Part shown: positions 40,678-53,472 of the stretch, piece after piece
How the letters are laid out: every line of letters begins with the position of its first letter
Numbering within the stretch: position 1 is the first letter of the stretch
Assembly (NCBI GenBank): GCA_964016885.1
Contig: OZ024752.1
Span: 6,386,001-6,450,000 of the forward strand
From: Eledone cirrhosa
Lineage: Eukaryota
Length of the DNA stretch: 64,000 bases
Reading direction: 5' to 3'
Translations under genes and position numbers: made by a program
The notes under the pieces: model-generated
What the model was told of the DNA's origin: nothing
Seen by the model: the letters and a program-made list of their open reading frames with translations, nothing else
Databases searched by the model: none

Positions 40678-41072
40678 GTGTATATATATATAACTTATAT
40701 ATATAACATATATATATATAACATATATATATATTACTTATAATCAAATATATATAATATATATATATATAACATATATATATATTACTTATAATCAAAT
40801 ATATATAATATATATACATATTAAATATTTTTTTCATTATCTATTTCTGCATTCAACTCAGTTGAGTTTCAGATAATTTTTTTTGTACAACACAGAAACA
40901 TTTTTTTATCACAAGGTTAAGGGACTTGTGTCTTGTCTCCCAGTTTTATCATCATCATCATTATCTGACAGTTGCTGCCAGCCTCTCTCGTAAACACGTT
41001 ACCATGACCGGTCACAGCCCTTCGTTTTTCTCATATTTCATTTTCACAGAAATCCTTGGCTGCAGCAGTTTA

Positions 41073-41168
<96 letters not shown>

Positions 41169-41232
41169 TATATATATACACATATATATATATGTTTTCA
41201 TGACAGTAAAAATATGGCACAGTGTCATCTCT

Positions 41233-41396
41233 TCAATAGTTTGGATAGTTACGGGAATATGTAGAATACTCTGGAAAGTAATCAGAAGGGTTTTCAGGGT
41301 TCTTCCGTCTTCCCATGTGAGGAGAGCTGTGGCCAATGGGCCCATTAGCCATACTGAGAGTTCCTGGTACCCTGCTTGTTGGGGAGGGTAGGCCAT
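41233..41396 (-). CDS. MAGI: MAGI-like gene, predicted terminal coding exon ([31 protein letters not shown]...YSRNYPNY*)
   Basis: Acceptor tctttctattacag. Phase 1 joins the G left by exon 43674-43812, and the frame is open to TGA at 41233-41235. Confidence 0.72.
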
Positions 41397-41459
41397 CTGT
41401 AATAGAAAGATTTCATTTTAGGAAATTACAGAGAAATTGGTGAAATTATTAATTTAACC

Positions 41460-42522
41460 CAGGGGCGTGCTACAGGTGGCCCGTGGGCCACAATCTGGTT
41501 CGCCAGACCAGTCAGAGTGGTCCGTGATCACCGTCTTTAATTTTTTTCGTAACCGTAAAACAATTTTCTGTTAGTTGACCTATACTAAAGGGCTTCACTG
41601 ATAGGGTTATGTGTGTTATAATGTCCCAGTTGACCTATACTAAAGGGCTTCACTGATAGGGTTATATGTGTTATAATGTCCCAGTTGACCTATACCAAAG
41701 GGCTTCAGTGATAGGGTTATGTGTGTTATAATGTCCCAGTTGACCTATACTAAAGGGCTTCACTGATAGGGTTATATGTGTTATAGTGTCCCAGTTGACC
41801 TATACTAAAGGGCTTCACTGATAGGGTTATATGTGTTATAATTTCCCAGTTGACCTATACTAAAGGGCTTCACTAATAGGGTTATGTGTGTTATAGTGTC
41901 CCAGTTGACCTATACTAAAGGACTTCACTGATAGGGTTATGTGTGTTATAGTGTCCCAGTTGACCTATACTAAAGGACTTCACTGATAGGGTTATGTGTG
42001 TTATAGTGTCCCAGTTGACCTATACTAAAGGGCTTCACTGATAGGGTTATATGTGTTATAATTTCCCAGTTGACCTATACTAAAGGGCTTCACTGATAGG
42101 GTTATGTGTGTTATAATTTCCCAGTTGACCTATACTAAAGGGCTTCACTGATAGGGTTATATGTGTGATAGTGTCCCAGTTGACCTATACTAAAGGGCTT
42201 CACTGATAGGGTTATGTGTGTTATAATTTCCCAGTTGACCTATACTAAAGGGTTTCACTGATAGGGTTATATGTGCTATGATTTCCCAGTTGACCTATAC
42301 TAAAGGGCTTCACTGATAGGGTTATGTGTGTTATAATTTCCCAGTTGACCTATACTAAAGGGCTTCACTGATAGGATTATGTGTGTTATAATTTCCTAGT
42401 TCCATGTTATGGAAAGAAGTTGTGGTAAATCTTTAGAATAGTGCTTAATAAATATTAATGGCCCTAATAATTGTTCCAATGTTCAAAAGTGGCCCGCCAA
42501 TGGAATATGTGGCACAGCCCTG
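41460..42522. mobile_element. hAT-type non-autonomous element with internal minisatellite
   Basis: Ends CAGGGGCGTGCTAC / GTGGCACAGCCCTG with an exact 8-bp TSD ATTTAACC (41452-41459, 42523-42530). Confidence 0.88.
41573..42401. repeat. 55-bp minisatellite x15 inside hAT element
   Basis: Unit AGTTGACCTATACTAAAGGGCTTCACTGATAGGGTTATGTGTGTTATAATGTCCC. Confidence 0.95.
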
Positions 42523-42559
42523 ATTTAACCCCTCTGTTTTTGTTCTTTGGTTAAATTTT

Positions 42560-42912
42560 CTTAGGTTCAGGCATGTTTGTGTGTTTAAAAACATTGCTTG
42601 AGGACCATGTAGTTTTGGATTCAGTCCCACTGTGTTGTAACTTGAGCCAGTGTCTTTCATTAAAACCCTGGGCTGACCAGAGAATCTGGTAGATAGAAAC
42701 TGCTGAAAGTCTGTTAATATGTATGTGTTTGTGTGAAGGTTTAGCAGTTAGAGTATTTGGCTCATGAGTTTGATTCCTGACAGTGCATTGTGTCCTTGAG
42801 CAAGACACTATTTCATATTGCTTTTGTCCATTTAGCTGGCAAAACTGAGTTGCACCTGTAATTCAAAGAGCCAGCCAGCCTTGTCACAGGTGGTGTCATG
42901 CTGAATCTCCAA
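42560..42912 (+). mobile_element. Two adjacent tRNA-headed SINE fragments
   Basis: Second copy has GTCCTTGAGCAAGACACT..AGCTGGCAAAA..CCTGTAATTCAAAG. Related copies lie at 34180-34350, 45375-45557 (-), 53725-53895 and 60595-60783 (-). Confidence 0.6.
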
Positions 42913-42946
42913 TCTGGTCCAGGAATGAAACTGATGACATTATTAA

Positions 42947-43569
42947 CCCTTTACCATTTACATTACTCTATATATACTATTGTATTTTCACAGTAAAGGC
43001 TTTACCTCACATAATATCTCACATAACATTTACATTACTCTATATATACTATTGTATTTTCACAATAAAGGCTTTACCTCACATAATATTTACATTACTC
43101 TATATATACTATTGTATTTTCACAATAAAGGCTTTACCTCACATAACATTTACATTACTCTATATATACTATTGTATTTTCACAGTAAAGTCTTGACCTC
43201 ACATAACATTTACATTACTCTATATATACTATTGTATTTTCACAGTATATATATATATACTATTGTATTTTCACAGTAAAGTTTTGACCTCACATAACAT
43301 TTACATTACTCTATATATACTATTGTATTTTCACAGTAAAGTCTTGACCTCACATAACATTTACATTACTCTATATATACTATTGTATTTTCACAGTAAA
43401 GTCTTGACCTCACATAATATCTCACATAATATCGAATCTATAAGATTTTGACATTATTTATTTTGAGAACAATACCTTAACATCAGTATGAGTGGCCAGT
43501 TACAACCAGTTTGAACAGAAAGAGGTGAGAGAATTCTGGCTGGATACAGCCGGTTTAAATGCTAAAGGG
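42947..43569. mobile_element. piggyBac-like MITE, copy with expanded internal 60-bp repeat
   Basis: TTAA-CCCTTTACCATTTA...TAAATGCTAAAGGG-TTAA, with about 8 internal units. Confidence 0.82.
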
Positions 43570-43673
43570 TTAAAATGGATGTTTTTTTTTGTTTTATAGA
43601 ACCAGAAGCAGTTTGGGGTGCATTGGTATTAACAGATTTAGATAAAGTTAGTGATACGGAACTGGTTACTTAC

Positions 43674-43812
43674 CAAAACTAGGTGGTGGTTTACCAGTCC
43701 TCTTAACTAACATCTGTACAGAATTGCCTCCATTTTGAATTATATCAATAGCTTCTTGATGTGTAATGTTATTGGTATTATATCCATTGATCTCCAATAT
43801 CTGATCACCAAC
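43674..43812 (-). CDS. MAGI: MAGI-like gene, exon encoding second half of last PDZ domain (VGDQILEINGYNTNNITHQEAIDIIQNGGNSVQMLVKRTGKPPPSF)
   Basis: Acceptor ttattatttcag, donor G|gtaagt. GDQILEING..TH.EAI.II PDZ signature continues in phase 0 from 52449. Not in the ORF track. Confidence 0.92.
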
Positions 43813-44829
43813 CTGAAATAATAATAATAGTTCAAACATTTCAAAATTATGATTTCAAATATTGACACAATATTTCTGAAGGGGATGTGTCTGTGTGTGT
43901 GAGTGTGTGTGTGTGTGTGTGTGTGCGTGAGTGTGTGTGTGCGCGTGAGTGTATGTATGTGCAAGTGTGTGTGTGTGTGTACCATCAATTTCAATGACAC
44001 AATGCTATAACTTCTGAGGAGAGGGTGTGTGTGTGCGTGTGTGCTGTCAATTCTTAACAAACAGTTCTGCATGAAATCCCACTAACAAGACCTTTTCGTA
44101 AACTACAAAACAACACCTTACTCTAAAACTAAATGTTCACAACAATCTCTCCATTAGTAAAAATATAAACATTTTAATTAACAAATCAGTTTTAGACATT
44201 TGCAGCCAAATTATTAAAAGATGTTAAATTAATTCATCACGTGGTTTTGATTTTAGAAATCCTGAAAAGGTGAAAATGTCAACAATAGAAGGATTTCAAC
44301 CAACAACTTGAAAGAATCTAAGAAAATATGACAAAGTATTTTGTTTGTCACTCTACTAACAATACACCTTGTGTGGAGTGGGGTACCCAAGAGTGGAGTG
44401 GGGTACTCGAGAGTGGAGTGGGGTACTTGAGTCTGGAGTGGGGTACCTAACAAATCCTCAAGTGCTGTTAGGGAAAAAACACAGAAAAATGACATTAAGA
44501 TATATTGTTGTGGTTGAACCATGGACAATTCTGGTAACAAACATCCCAACTGATCCCTGGAACAACCTCTGTTAGTTGTGCTTTGTGGAGATCTACAGGG
44601 GGTGGGGTGACCTGTTAGTTGTACCTTGTGGAGATCTAAAGGGGGTGGGGTGGAGGAGAAACTCCCTAGTGAAAATTATTACTTTTGACCTACTGTGAAC
44701 ACTTAGGACAATATCAACGACCTTATATTCAAATGGACCCCCCCCCCCATCTCATTTTACATTTTATACATACTGTGGCTTGATGTCCAATTTCCAGGAC
44801 ATTGGCTCCGTCATCGAGGTCCACAGAAA

Positions 44830-45037
44830 TGGTTTCTTATATAGGCACAAAGCCAGCAATTTTGGGGGAGGGGAAAATCGACCCCAGTGCATGACTGGTA
44901 CATTATTTTATGAACCCCGTAAGGATGAAAGGCAAAGTTAACCTCGGTGGGATTTGAACTCAGACCATAAAGGACCATAACTCTCTGCTGCAAAGAATGA
45001 CGTCAGACTCTCTACAGATACTGCCAATCCACTGCCC
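44830..45037 (-). mobile_element. Meta-core SINE
   Basis: GACCCCAGTGCATGACTGGTAC..GTAAGGATGAAAGGCAAAGTTAACCTCGGTGGGATTTGAACTCAG..CTGCCAATCCAC. Confidence 0.75.
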
Positions 45038-46313
45038 GAGGTTCACACAAATGGCCAGCAAGAAGCCCTGACTTAAAACCATGTGATATTTTTCTGTGGA
45101 GGCAGGAGTTTACAGCTCAAAACTAGAAACTCTGACTCAATTGGAGGAACACATTAACAATGTACTAACTAACACACTGCCTGAGTTCCTGAAGAAGTCA
45201 GTCCAGGATATACCCAGATTATTACAAACATTCGTGGACAACATTGGTACCTATGTAGAATGTTAACACTGTACTGTACTTCTTCCATTATACCATTCAA
45301 AATAAAACATGTTTTATGAAAATCGACCAATAATTAATAAAGTTATTAACAGTTTTTTCTTTCCCCCCACCCTATAGTAGTTCTCAGGGAGACTCAGAAT
45401 CACACTGTGTGATAAGGCTGGTTCTTTTCAATATATTTCTTTTTTAGCTGAGCAGAATGGAATAATATGAAATAGTGTCAAATCACATCAAGGGATTGAA
45501 CTCACGATCTTATGGTTGTGAGCCAAACAGCCTTACCACTAAACCATGCACCTTCACCAAAATATAAACCTGGAAAAGAACTGAAATTACACCACAGCAA
45601 AAAATGGCTCTGCATTCCAATAAAGAAATCTTGGTAAATCACATGCCAGATTTATTTTAAAAAAAAGGAAAAAAGGGAAATAAAATGACCATCAAACTGG
45701 ACCAAAGAAACAATGTTTCCATTGGTGTTTCCATTGCTGAAACTATTTACCAGTTAAAATTCCTGATAGAGTGAGGTAGGGTTTGAACTCGGGGCCAGAT
45801 AATATATTGCAAAGTCTTTGTCTGACTCTCTTACAATTCCACCAATCTTCTCACCTTGGACTGGAACATTATTTATTGGTGTTGAAACAATGGCAGGGAT
45901 ATATCACAGACTTACTAACAGTAGGGATATCTCACAGATTTACTAATAGAACAGTAGGGATACCTGATAGTTATACTAATAGTAGGGATATTTATTTACA
46001 AAATATTCAGCAACGATCTCCGCAGTAACAACCCACATCTACCCAATTCATAACATCTACCCTGCTAGGAACAACAATTTTGGAGGCAGGAGAGAGTCAA
46101 CTGACTGGAGTTTTATTAACCCCTTGAGGGATGAGAAGCAAAGTTGACCTCAGCAGAAACTCAATTCAAATCCTAAAGAACCAGAACAAACACCACAAGG
46201 TATTTTGTTTGATGTACAGTGAGATATTGTTAAGCGTTTTATTTCACAAAACACTTTTCTTCCTTCGATTCCTTGTTGGAAAAGGTGAGAAATTGTTCAT
46301 ATAATTAATAATT

Positions 46314-46361
<48 letters not shown>

Positions 46362-46381
46362 CATACATACATATATAGGGT

Positions 46382-46485
46382 AATGTTTAACCCCGACGGC
46401 AGAGCTCAAGCCGTTTCAACGGTTATTTCTGGACTCAGAAATAGCCATTGAAACGGCTTGAGCTCTGCCGTTGGAGTTAAACATT
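46382..46485. repeat. Fold-back palindrome (50-bp arms) containing 3' half of a hammerhead motif, tail to ~46570
   Basis: Left arm read on - strand gives GAA-ACGGC-TTGAGCTCT-GCCGT-C. Flanked by TA tracts. Confidence 0.75.
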
Positions 46486-46613
46486 TCCTTATTACCCACT
46501 CTACTACCCTAAGTATTGAGCACTCTGGTGCGTTATGGTCCATCTGGTTCCTTACTACACTTCCTTCATTATATATATATATATAAAGTTATCGCTCTAC
46601 ATGGCTGAATACA

Positions 46614-46880
46614 ATAAATTGTAATCTGATTTTTTCAAATATTAATAATAATATTTGATTCGTTTGCAATTATGCAAACAGCCTCTTTTAAGCCATGTCA
46701 GTTGAATGAGCCCCTCATTCTTGCTTTTGTGTTGGCATGTAAACAGAACTTCAGTTCTTACATGCCAACACAAAAGCAAGAATGAGGGGCTCATTCTACT
46801 GACATGGCTTAAAAGAGGCTGTTTGCATAATTGCAAACGAATCAAATATTGTTATTAATATTTGAAAAACTCGGATTACA

Positions 46881-46886
<6 letters not shown>
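46614..46886. repeat. Fold-back palindrome, ~129-bp near-perfect arms
   Basis: ATAAATTGTAATC..GGCATGTAA / TTACATGCC..GATTACAATTTAT, between TA tracts. Confidence 0.9.
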
Positions 46887-46920
<34 letters not shown>

Positions 46921-47234
46921 AACTTATTTCACTACTGAACATTCATTTTCCAAAGAATTTTCGTTAGTTGCTAAAGTCTGTGTGCAAGAAATTGGCTTTA
47001 CTTCTGCAATACTCAAAACATTCTAACAATTTTTATACAATTCCTAATATTTGAATATAGAAATACAACAGAATTCTTTAAACATCGAATGGCTGTGGGG
47101 GTCGACCAGAGTAAAATAGGAACCAAAGGTGAGAAAAAGTTGAGAACCACTGATCTATGAATGTCGGGGGTTTTAACAAATATATGTTGATATTTCATGC
47201 TGCAAAGCATCACGTGAAGATAGTCTCATGAGTT

Positions 47235-48040
47235 TATATATACATGCTTTCCACGGTTGTGTGTGTGTATATATATATACATGCTTTCCACGGTTGTGTG
47301 TGTGTATATATATATGCATGCTTTCCACGGTTGTGTGTGTGTATATATATATACATGCTTTCCACGGTTGTGTGTGTGTGTGTGTATATATACATGCTTT
47401 CCACGGTTGTGTGTGTGTATATATATATACATGCTTTCCACGGTTGTGTGTGTGTGTGTGTGTATATATATATGCATGCTTTCCACGGTTGTGCGTGTGT
47501 GTGTATATATATATACATGCTTTCCACGGTTGTGTGTGTGTGTGTATATATACATGCTTTCCATGGTTGTGTGTGTGTGTGTATATATATATACATGCTT
47601 TCCACGGTTGTGTGTGTGTGTGTGTATATATACATGCTTTCCATGGTTGTGTGTGTGTGTGTATATATATATACATGCTTTCCACGGTTGTGTGTGTGTG
47701 TGTATATATATACATGCTTTCCATGTGTGTGTGTGTGTGTGTATATATATATACATGCTTTCCACGGTTGTGTGTGTGTGTGTGTATATATACATGCTTT
47801 CCACGGTTGTGTGTGTGTGTGTGTATATATATATGCATGCTTTCCACGGTTGTGTGTGTGTATATATATATGCATGCTTTCCACGGTTGTGTGTGTGTGT
47901 GTGTGTATATATGCATGCTTTCCACGGTTGTGTGTGTGTATATATACATGCTTTCCACAGTTGTGTGTGTGTGTGTATATATACATGCTTTCCACGGTTG
48001 TGTGTGTGTGTGTGTATATATATATACATGCTTTCCACGG

Positions 48041-48071
<31 letters not shown>

Positions 48072-49379
48072 CATGCTTTCCACGGTTGTGTGTGTGTGTG
48101 TGTATATATATATGCATGCTTTCCATGGTTGTGTGTGTGTGTGTATATATATACATGCTTTCCATGTGTGTGTGTGTGTATATATATATACATGCTTTCC
48201 ATGGTTGTGTGTGTGTGTATATATATATGCATGCTTTCCACGGTTGTGTGTGTGTGTGTATATATATATACATGCTTTCCATGGTTGTGTGTGTGTGTAT
48301 ATATATATGCATGCTTTCCACGGTTGTGTGTGTGTGTGTATATATATATACATGCTTTCCATGTGTGTGTGTGTGTGTATATATATATATGCATGCTTTC
48401 CATGTGTGTGTGTGTGTGTATATATATATACATGCTTTCCATGGTTGTGTGTGTGTGTATATATATATGCATGCTTTCCACGGTTGTGTGTGTGTGTGTA
48501 TATATATATACATGCTTTCCATGTGTGTGTGTGTATATATATATGCATGCTTTCTACGGTTGTGTGTGTGTGTGTATATATATATACATGCTTTCCATGT
48601 GTGTGTGTGTATATATATATGCATGCTTTCCACGGTTGTGTGTGTGTGTGTATATATATATACATGCTTTCCATGTGTGTGTGTGTATATATATATGCAT
48701 GCTTTCCATGTGTGTGTGTGTGTATATATATATATGCATGCTTTCCACGGTTGTGTGTGTGTGTATATATATATGCATGCTTTCCACGGTTGTGTGTGTG
48801 TGTGTATATATATACATGCTTTCCATGTGTGTGTGTGTGTGTGTATATATATATGCATGCTTTCCACGGTTGTGTGTGTGTGTGTATATATATATACATG
48901 CTTTCCATGTGTGTGTGTGTATATATATATGCATGCTTTCCACGGTTGTGTGTGTGTGTGTATATATATACATGCTTTCCATGTGTGTGTGTGTGTGTGT
49001 ATATATATATACATGCTTTCCATGGTTGTGTGTGTGTGTGTATATATATACATGCTTTCCATGTGTGTGTGTGTGTGTGTATATATATATGCATGCTTTC
49101 CACGGTTGTGTGTGTGTGTGTATATATATATACATGCTTTCCATGTGTGTGTGTGTATATATATATGCATGCTTTCCACGGTTGTGTGTGTGTGTGTATA
49201 TATATATACATGCTTTCCATGGTTGTGTGTGTGTGTGTATATATATACATGCTTTCCATGTGTGTGTGTGTGTGTGTATATATATATACATGCTTTCCAT
49301 GGTTGTGTGTGTGTGTATATATATATGCATGCTTTCCACGGTTGTGTGTGTGTGTGTATATATATATACATGCTTTCCA

Positions 49380-49410
<31 letters not shown>

Positions 49411-49767
49411 GCATGCTTTCCATGTGTGTGTGTGTGTATATATATATATACATGCTTTCCATGTGTGTGTGTGTATATATATATGCATGCTTTCCATGTG
49501 TGTGTGTGTGTGTATATATATATGCATGCTTTCCATGTGTGTGTGTGTGTGTGTGTATATATATACATGCTTTCCATGGTTGTGTGTGTGTGTATATATA
49601 TATACATGCTTTCCACGGTTGTGTGTGTGTGTGTATATATATATATACATGCTTTCCATGTGTGTGTGTGTATATATATATGCATGCTTTCCATGGTTAT
49701 GTGTGTGTGTATATATATATACATGCTTTCCACGGTTGTGTGTGTATATATATATACATGCTTTCCA

Positions 49768-49798
<31 letters not shown>

Positions 49799-50585
49799 GC
49801 ATGCTTTCCATGTGTGTGTGTGTGTATATATATATATGCATGCTTTCCACGGTTGTGTGTGTATGTGTATATATATATGCATGCTTTCCACGGTTGTGTG
49901 TGTGTATATATACATGCTTTCCACGGTTGTGTGTGTGTGTGTGTATATATATATACATGCTTTCCATGGTTGTGTGTGTGTGTGTGTGTATATATATATA
50001 CATGCTTTCCACGGTTGTGTGTGTGTGTGTATATATGCATGCTTTCCACGGTTGTGTGTGTGTGTGTGTATATATACATGCTTTCCACGGTTGTGTGTGT
50101 GTGTGTGTGTATATATATATGCATGCTTTCCACGGTTGTGTGTGTGTGTGTATATATATATGCATGCTTTCCACGGTTGTGTGTGTGTGTGTATATATAT
50201 ATGCATGCTTTCCACGGTTGTGTGTGTGTGTGTATATATATATACATGCTTTCCACGGTTGTGTGTGTGTATATATATATGCATGCTTTCCACGGTTGTG
50301 TGTGTGTGTGTGTATATATATATGCATGCTTTCCACGGTTGTGTGTGTGTGTGTATATATGCATGCTTTCCACGGTTGTGTGTGTGTGTGTATATATATA
50401 TACATGCTTTCCACGGTTGTGTGTGTGTGTGTATATATATATGCATGCTTTCCATGTGTGTGTGTATATATATATATATACATGCTTTCCCCGTGTGTGT
50501 GTGTGTATATATATATATACATGCTTTCCCCGTGTGTGTATATATATATACATGCTTTCCCCGTGTGTGTGTGTGTATATATATA
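47235..50585. repeat. Compound minisatellite CATGCTTTCCA(C/T)GGTT-(GT)n-(AT)n, ~90 units
   Basis: Direct observation. Unit length varies through the dinucleotide runs. Confidence 0.97.
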
Positions 50586-51637
50586 TTTGTAGAATTGGAG
50601 TATTCTCAGTGCTGTCAACAGCTGGATACTATATGTATAGCAAACATTTTTTTGGGGTTAAGATATAACCTCAAATTAATGGAGAGTGGGAGAGAGAGGA
50701 AGAAAGAGAGTCTAAAGTATGAGATGAGAGAGTTATAGAGGAAGAGGAGAGAAAAATGGTGACATAAATGATGGAGCAGAACTTATGGAGAAAAATGAAG
50801 AGATGGATAGAAAGATGGACAGAGTAAACTAACTAGAAAAAAAGGAACTTTAGCATCATCTGAATCATCAGCTTCCCACAATACTATACATAGTTTCTCG
50901 CGGCTAGGAAGGAAGTATTGCCCGCACAACAGAAATTAAATTTCCATTGTTCAAACGCTATAATAGAGGAATGAGAGAGCAATGGGGGACGTTCATATCA
51001 GGCCGTGATCATGGTGAAAGAAGAGGTTGTTTGCTATTCGAAAGGGAACAGCAGCTGCAGTAGGCAGAAGTAACAGTAGCAGCAGTGGCGAAAACAAAGG
51101 GAGGCGATAGTGGAATATAGAAAAATAGAAGAGAAAAAAAGGAAGAGAAAGAGAGACAAAATAAGTAGATAGATAAAGATATAAAGAATTACCTGTCTCT
51201 TGCACCACATCCGTTCAATATAGAAAGCCGACATGGCTCAAGTTATGTAAACATTAATTGAAAAGGTTTGAAGTGATGAGTGTATATGAATATTTGTAGA
51301 ATTGGAGTAATCTCAGTGCAAAGGTGTACCGTAAACAGCTCGATACTATTTGTATAGTAAATACTATATGTATAGTAATACTGTATGTATAGTAAATACT
51401 ATATGTATAGTAAATACTATATGTATAGTAAAAAAATTTTTTTATATGTATTGGTTGTCTGTAATGTTAATGTCCCACGTGACATATATCACCAGTCAAT
51501 GAAAAGGGATAATTGAAAAGCAGCAGTAAATATGTTCATTGAAACACATTGCTATGATGTCTATGGTTATAAGACTTTGCTAGGCTATATTGGCAATGGC
51601 TGGGATTATTTCAGCCTTGATTGCTTTTATTATTTAA

Positions 51638-51744
51638 CCTTTAACGCACTGCCGGTGACATAAGCCACTGATAGAGTAATCTCCTCTTAATATATAATGC
51701 TATGTCAATGGAGGTAATTCATAAAAATTTCAGCATGTTAAAGG
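51638..51744. mobile_element. Short piggyBac-like MITE
   Basis: TTAA-CCTTTAAC...GTTAAAGG-TTAA. Confidence 0.5.
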
Positions 51745-51919
51745 TTAAACACAATGGCAAACAATATGTATGAAAGGTAACATGCGATATATGTAAGGGT
51801 GAAACCCTGAAGTCAAAATATTATAAACACAAGGAGAGGGGCCTAACATTGCAGGTTTCCTGGCACAAAAACTGAGTTAAAACTAAGTAATGTAAGTAAG
51901 TAAGTAATGTCTATGTTTG

Positions 51920-52297
51920 ACACAAGGCCAGCAATTACCCCAGTGCATTACTGGTACTTTATTTTATCGACCTCGTAAGGATGAAAGGCAAAGCCAATCT
52001 CGGCAGGATGTGAACTCAGAACGCAAAGGGCCGTAACTATGCTGCAAAGCTTGGTATCTGAAACTCTACCAATTATTGCCAATCCACCGCCATAATAATA
52101 ATGGTTTCTACTATAGTAATTTCAGGGGAGGGGAAAGTCAATTAAATCGACTCCAGTACATTACTGGTACTTTATTTTATTGACCCCATAAGGATAAAAG
52201 GCAAAGCTAACCTCAGCGGGATTTGAACTCAGAACGCAAAAGCCATAACTCTGTGCTGCAAAGCATGATGTCTGACGCTCTATCGATTACTGCCAAA
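51920..52297 (-). mobile_element. Two tandem Meta-core SINEs
   Basis: Two copies of CTGGTACTTTATTTTAT..AAGGAT.AAAGGCAAAG..GAACTCAGAACG..TGCCAA. Confidence 0.78.
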
Positions 52298-52448
52298 CTA
52301 CTAATTAAGTAATGTCATTAAGTAAAAAAAATTGAAGAAAATTCGAATTATAAATAAATAAATAAAAAATAAACGAAGCTGTATAAATGAATAAATAAAT
52401 AATAAACGAAGCTGTATAAATATTTGAAATGAAGTATTTGATTCTAAC

Positions 52449-52610
52449 CCTGAGATTGCTGTCTAAATCAGCCGTTCCTCCATCAGCAATTCGGAGAACA
52501 TAGAGAGGCATGTTATTAAACTCCCGGCCACCACGTATTGAGAAGCCAAAACCACGAGTTCCTCGGTGCAGCTCCACTGAGTAGATTTCTTCTTCATTTT
52601 CCTGGGATGA
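52449..52610 (-). CDS. MAGI: MAGI-like gene, exon encoding first half of last PDZ domain (SSQENEEEIYSVELHRGTRGFGFSIRGGREFNNMPLYVLRIADGGTADLDSNLR)
   Basis: Closely resembles the C-terminal PDZ of MAGI proteins (Y.VEL.RG..GFGFS.RGGRE.NM.LYVLR.A). Acceptor cacttgcag, donor AGG|gttaga, 162 bp. Confidence 0.92.
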
Positions 52611-52679
52611 CTGCAAGTGACAAGAGAGTAAAGTGTAAAGCAGCAAATAGGCTGAAACACTCCTGTTGAAAAACTACAT

Positions 52680-52902
52680 TATTAACGATGATGAACTGTT
52701 AACAATGATGAGTGATTAATAGGCTGAAACACTACTGTTGAAAAACTACATTATTAACGATGATGATCTGTTAACGATTATGAACAGTTAATGATGGTGA
52801 ACTGTTAACGATGGTGGACGGTTAACGATGGTGGACGATTAATGATGGTGAACTGTTAACGAGGATGAACTGTTAACGATGGTGAACTGTTAACGATGGT
52901 CT
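52680..52902. repeat. ~17-bp degenerate tandem repeat GTTAACGATGGTGAACT
   Basis: Direct observation. Confidence 0.7.
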
Positions 52903-53132
52903 ACTCAGTTGAAAACGTATACCAGCAAGAAGTACCTAGGAATTAACCAAGAATCTTGTCCAGGAAAGAGGGTCTTGTACTTTCAGTTGCTTAACTCTTA
53001 ACATCCTGTACCACATCAAATGACATTAACGACACATTCTTGAAACGTGAAAATCAGCATTATATATATATATATAAGTTTGATAGGGTTTGGCCAGTAT
53101 TGGCCCAGGCCATGTCTAACTTAATAACACCA

Positions 53133-53170
<38 letters not shown>

Positions 53171-53217
53171 AAGGAAAAGTGAAGTAGTTTCAGATGTTCA
53201 AGTCCTTTAATAATAAT

Positions 53218-53291
53218 GCTGTGATATATATTTCAGTGACGACACTGGCCACACTGTTCTGTGTGCGAGTGTCGTGTCATCCTCAGACAGC
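53218..53291 (-). ncRNA. Type I hammerhead ribozyme motif (mirror copy)
   Basis: GCUGU-CUGAGGA-stem II-GAAA-UAUAUA-UC-ACAGC. Confidence 0.7.
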
Positions 53292-53472
53292 TTGTTACAT
53301 AATAAGGTTATGTTTCCGAGGCAATCCAAATTGGATCGACAAGGGAACGGATGAATTGCGTGTTCTTGGGTTTTTCATCCGCTCCTTGAAAAACCCAAGA
53401 ACACGCAATTCATCCGTTCCCTTGTCGATCCAATTTGGATTGCCTCGGAAACATAACCTTATTATGTAACAA

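Noticed and set aside
41070-41396. 108-aa ORF starting MAYPPQQ
   Set aside because: Wrong frame. Splice phase from the upstream PDZ exon puts this exon in the DGLPSP frame, and the listed ORF runs into microsatellite.
47235-50585. Constant repeat with variable spacers as a CRISPR-like array
   Set aside because: The spacers are only (GT)n(AT)n length variants and carry no unique sequence.
47173-50738. ~1100-aa ORFs in several frames on both strands
   Set aside because: Stop-free compound minisatellite.
51188-51231. Possible extra MAGI exon ending CAG|gtaatt
   Set aside because: Weak acceptor, and inclusion would frameshift the PDZ domain. Unsupported without RNA data.
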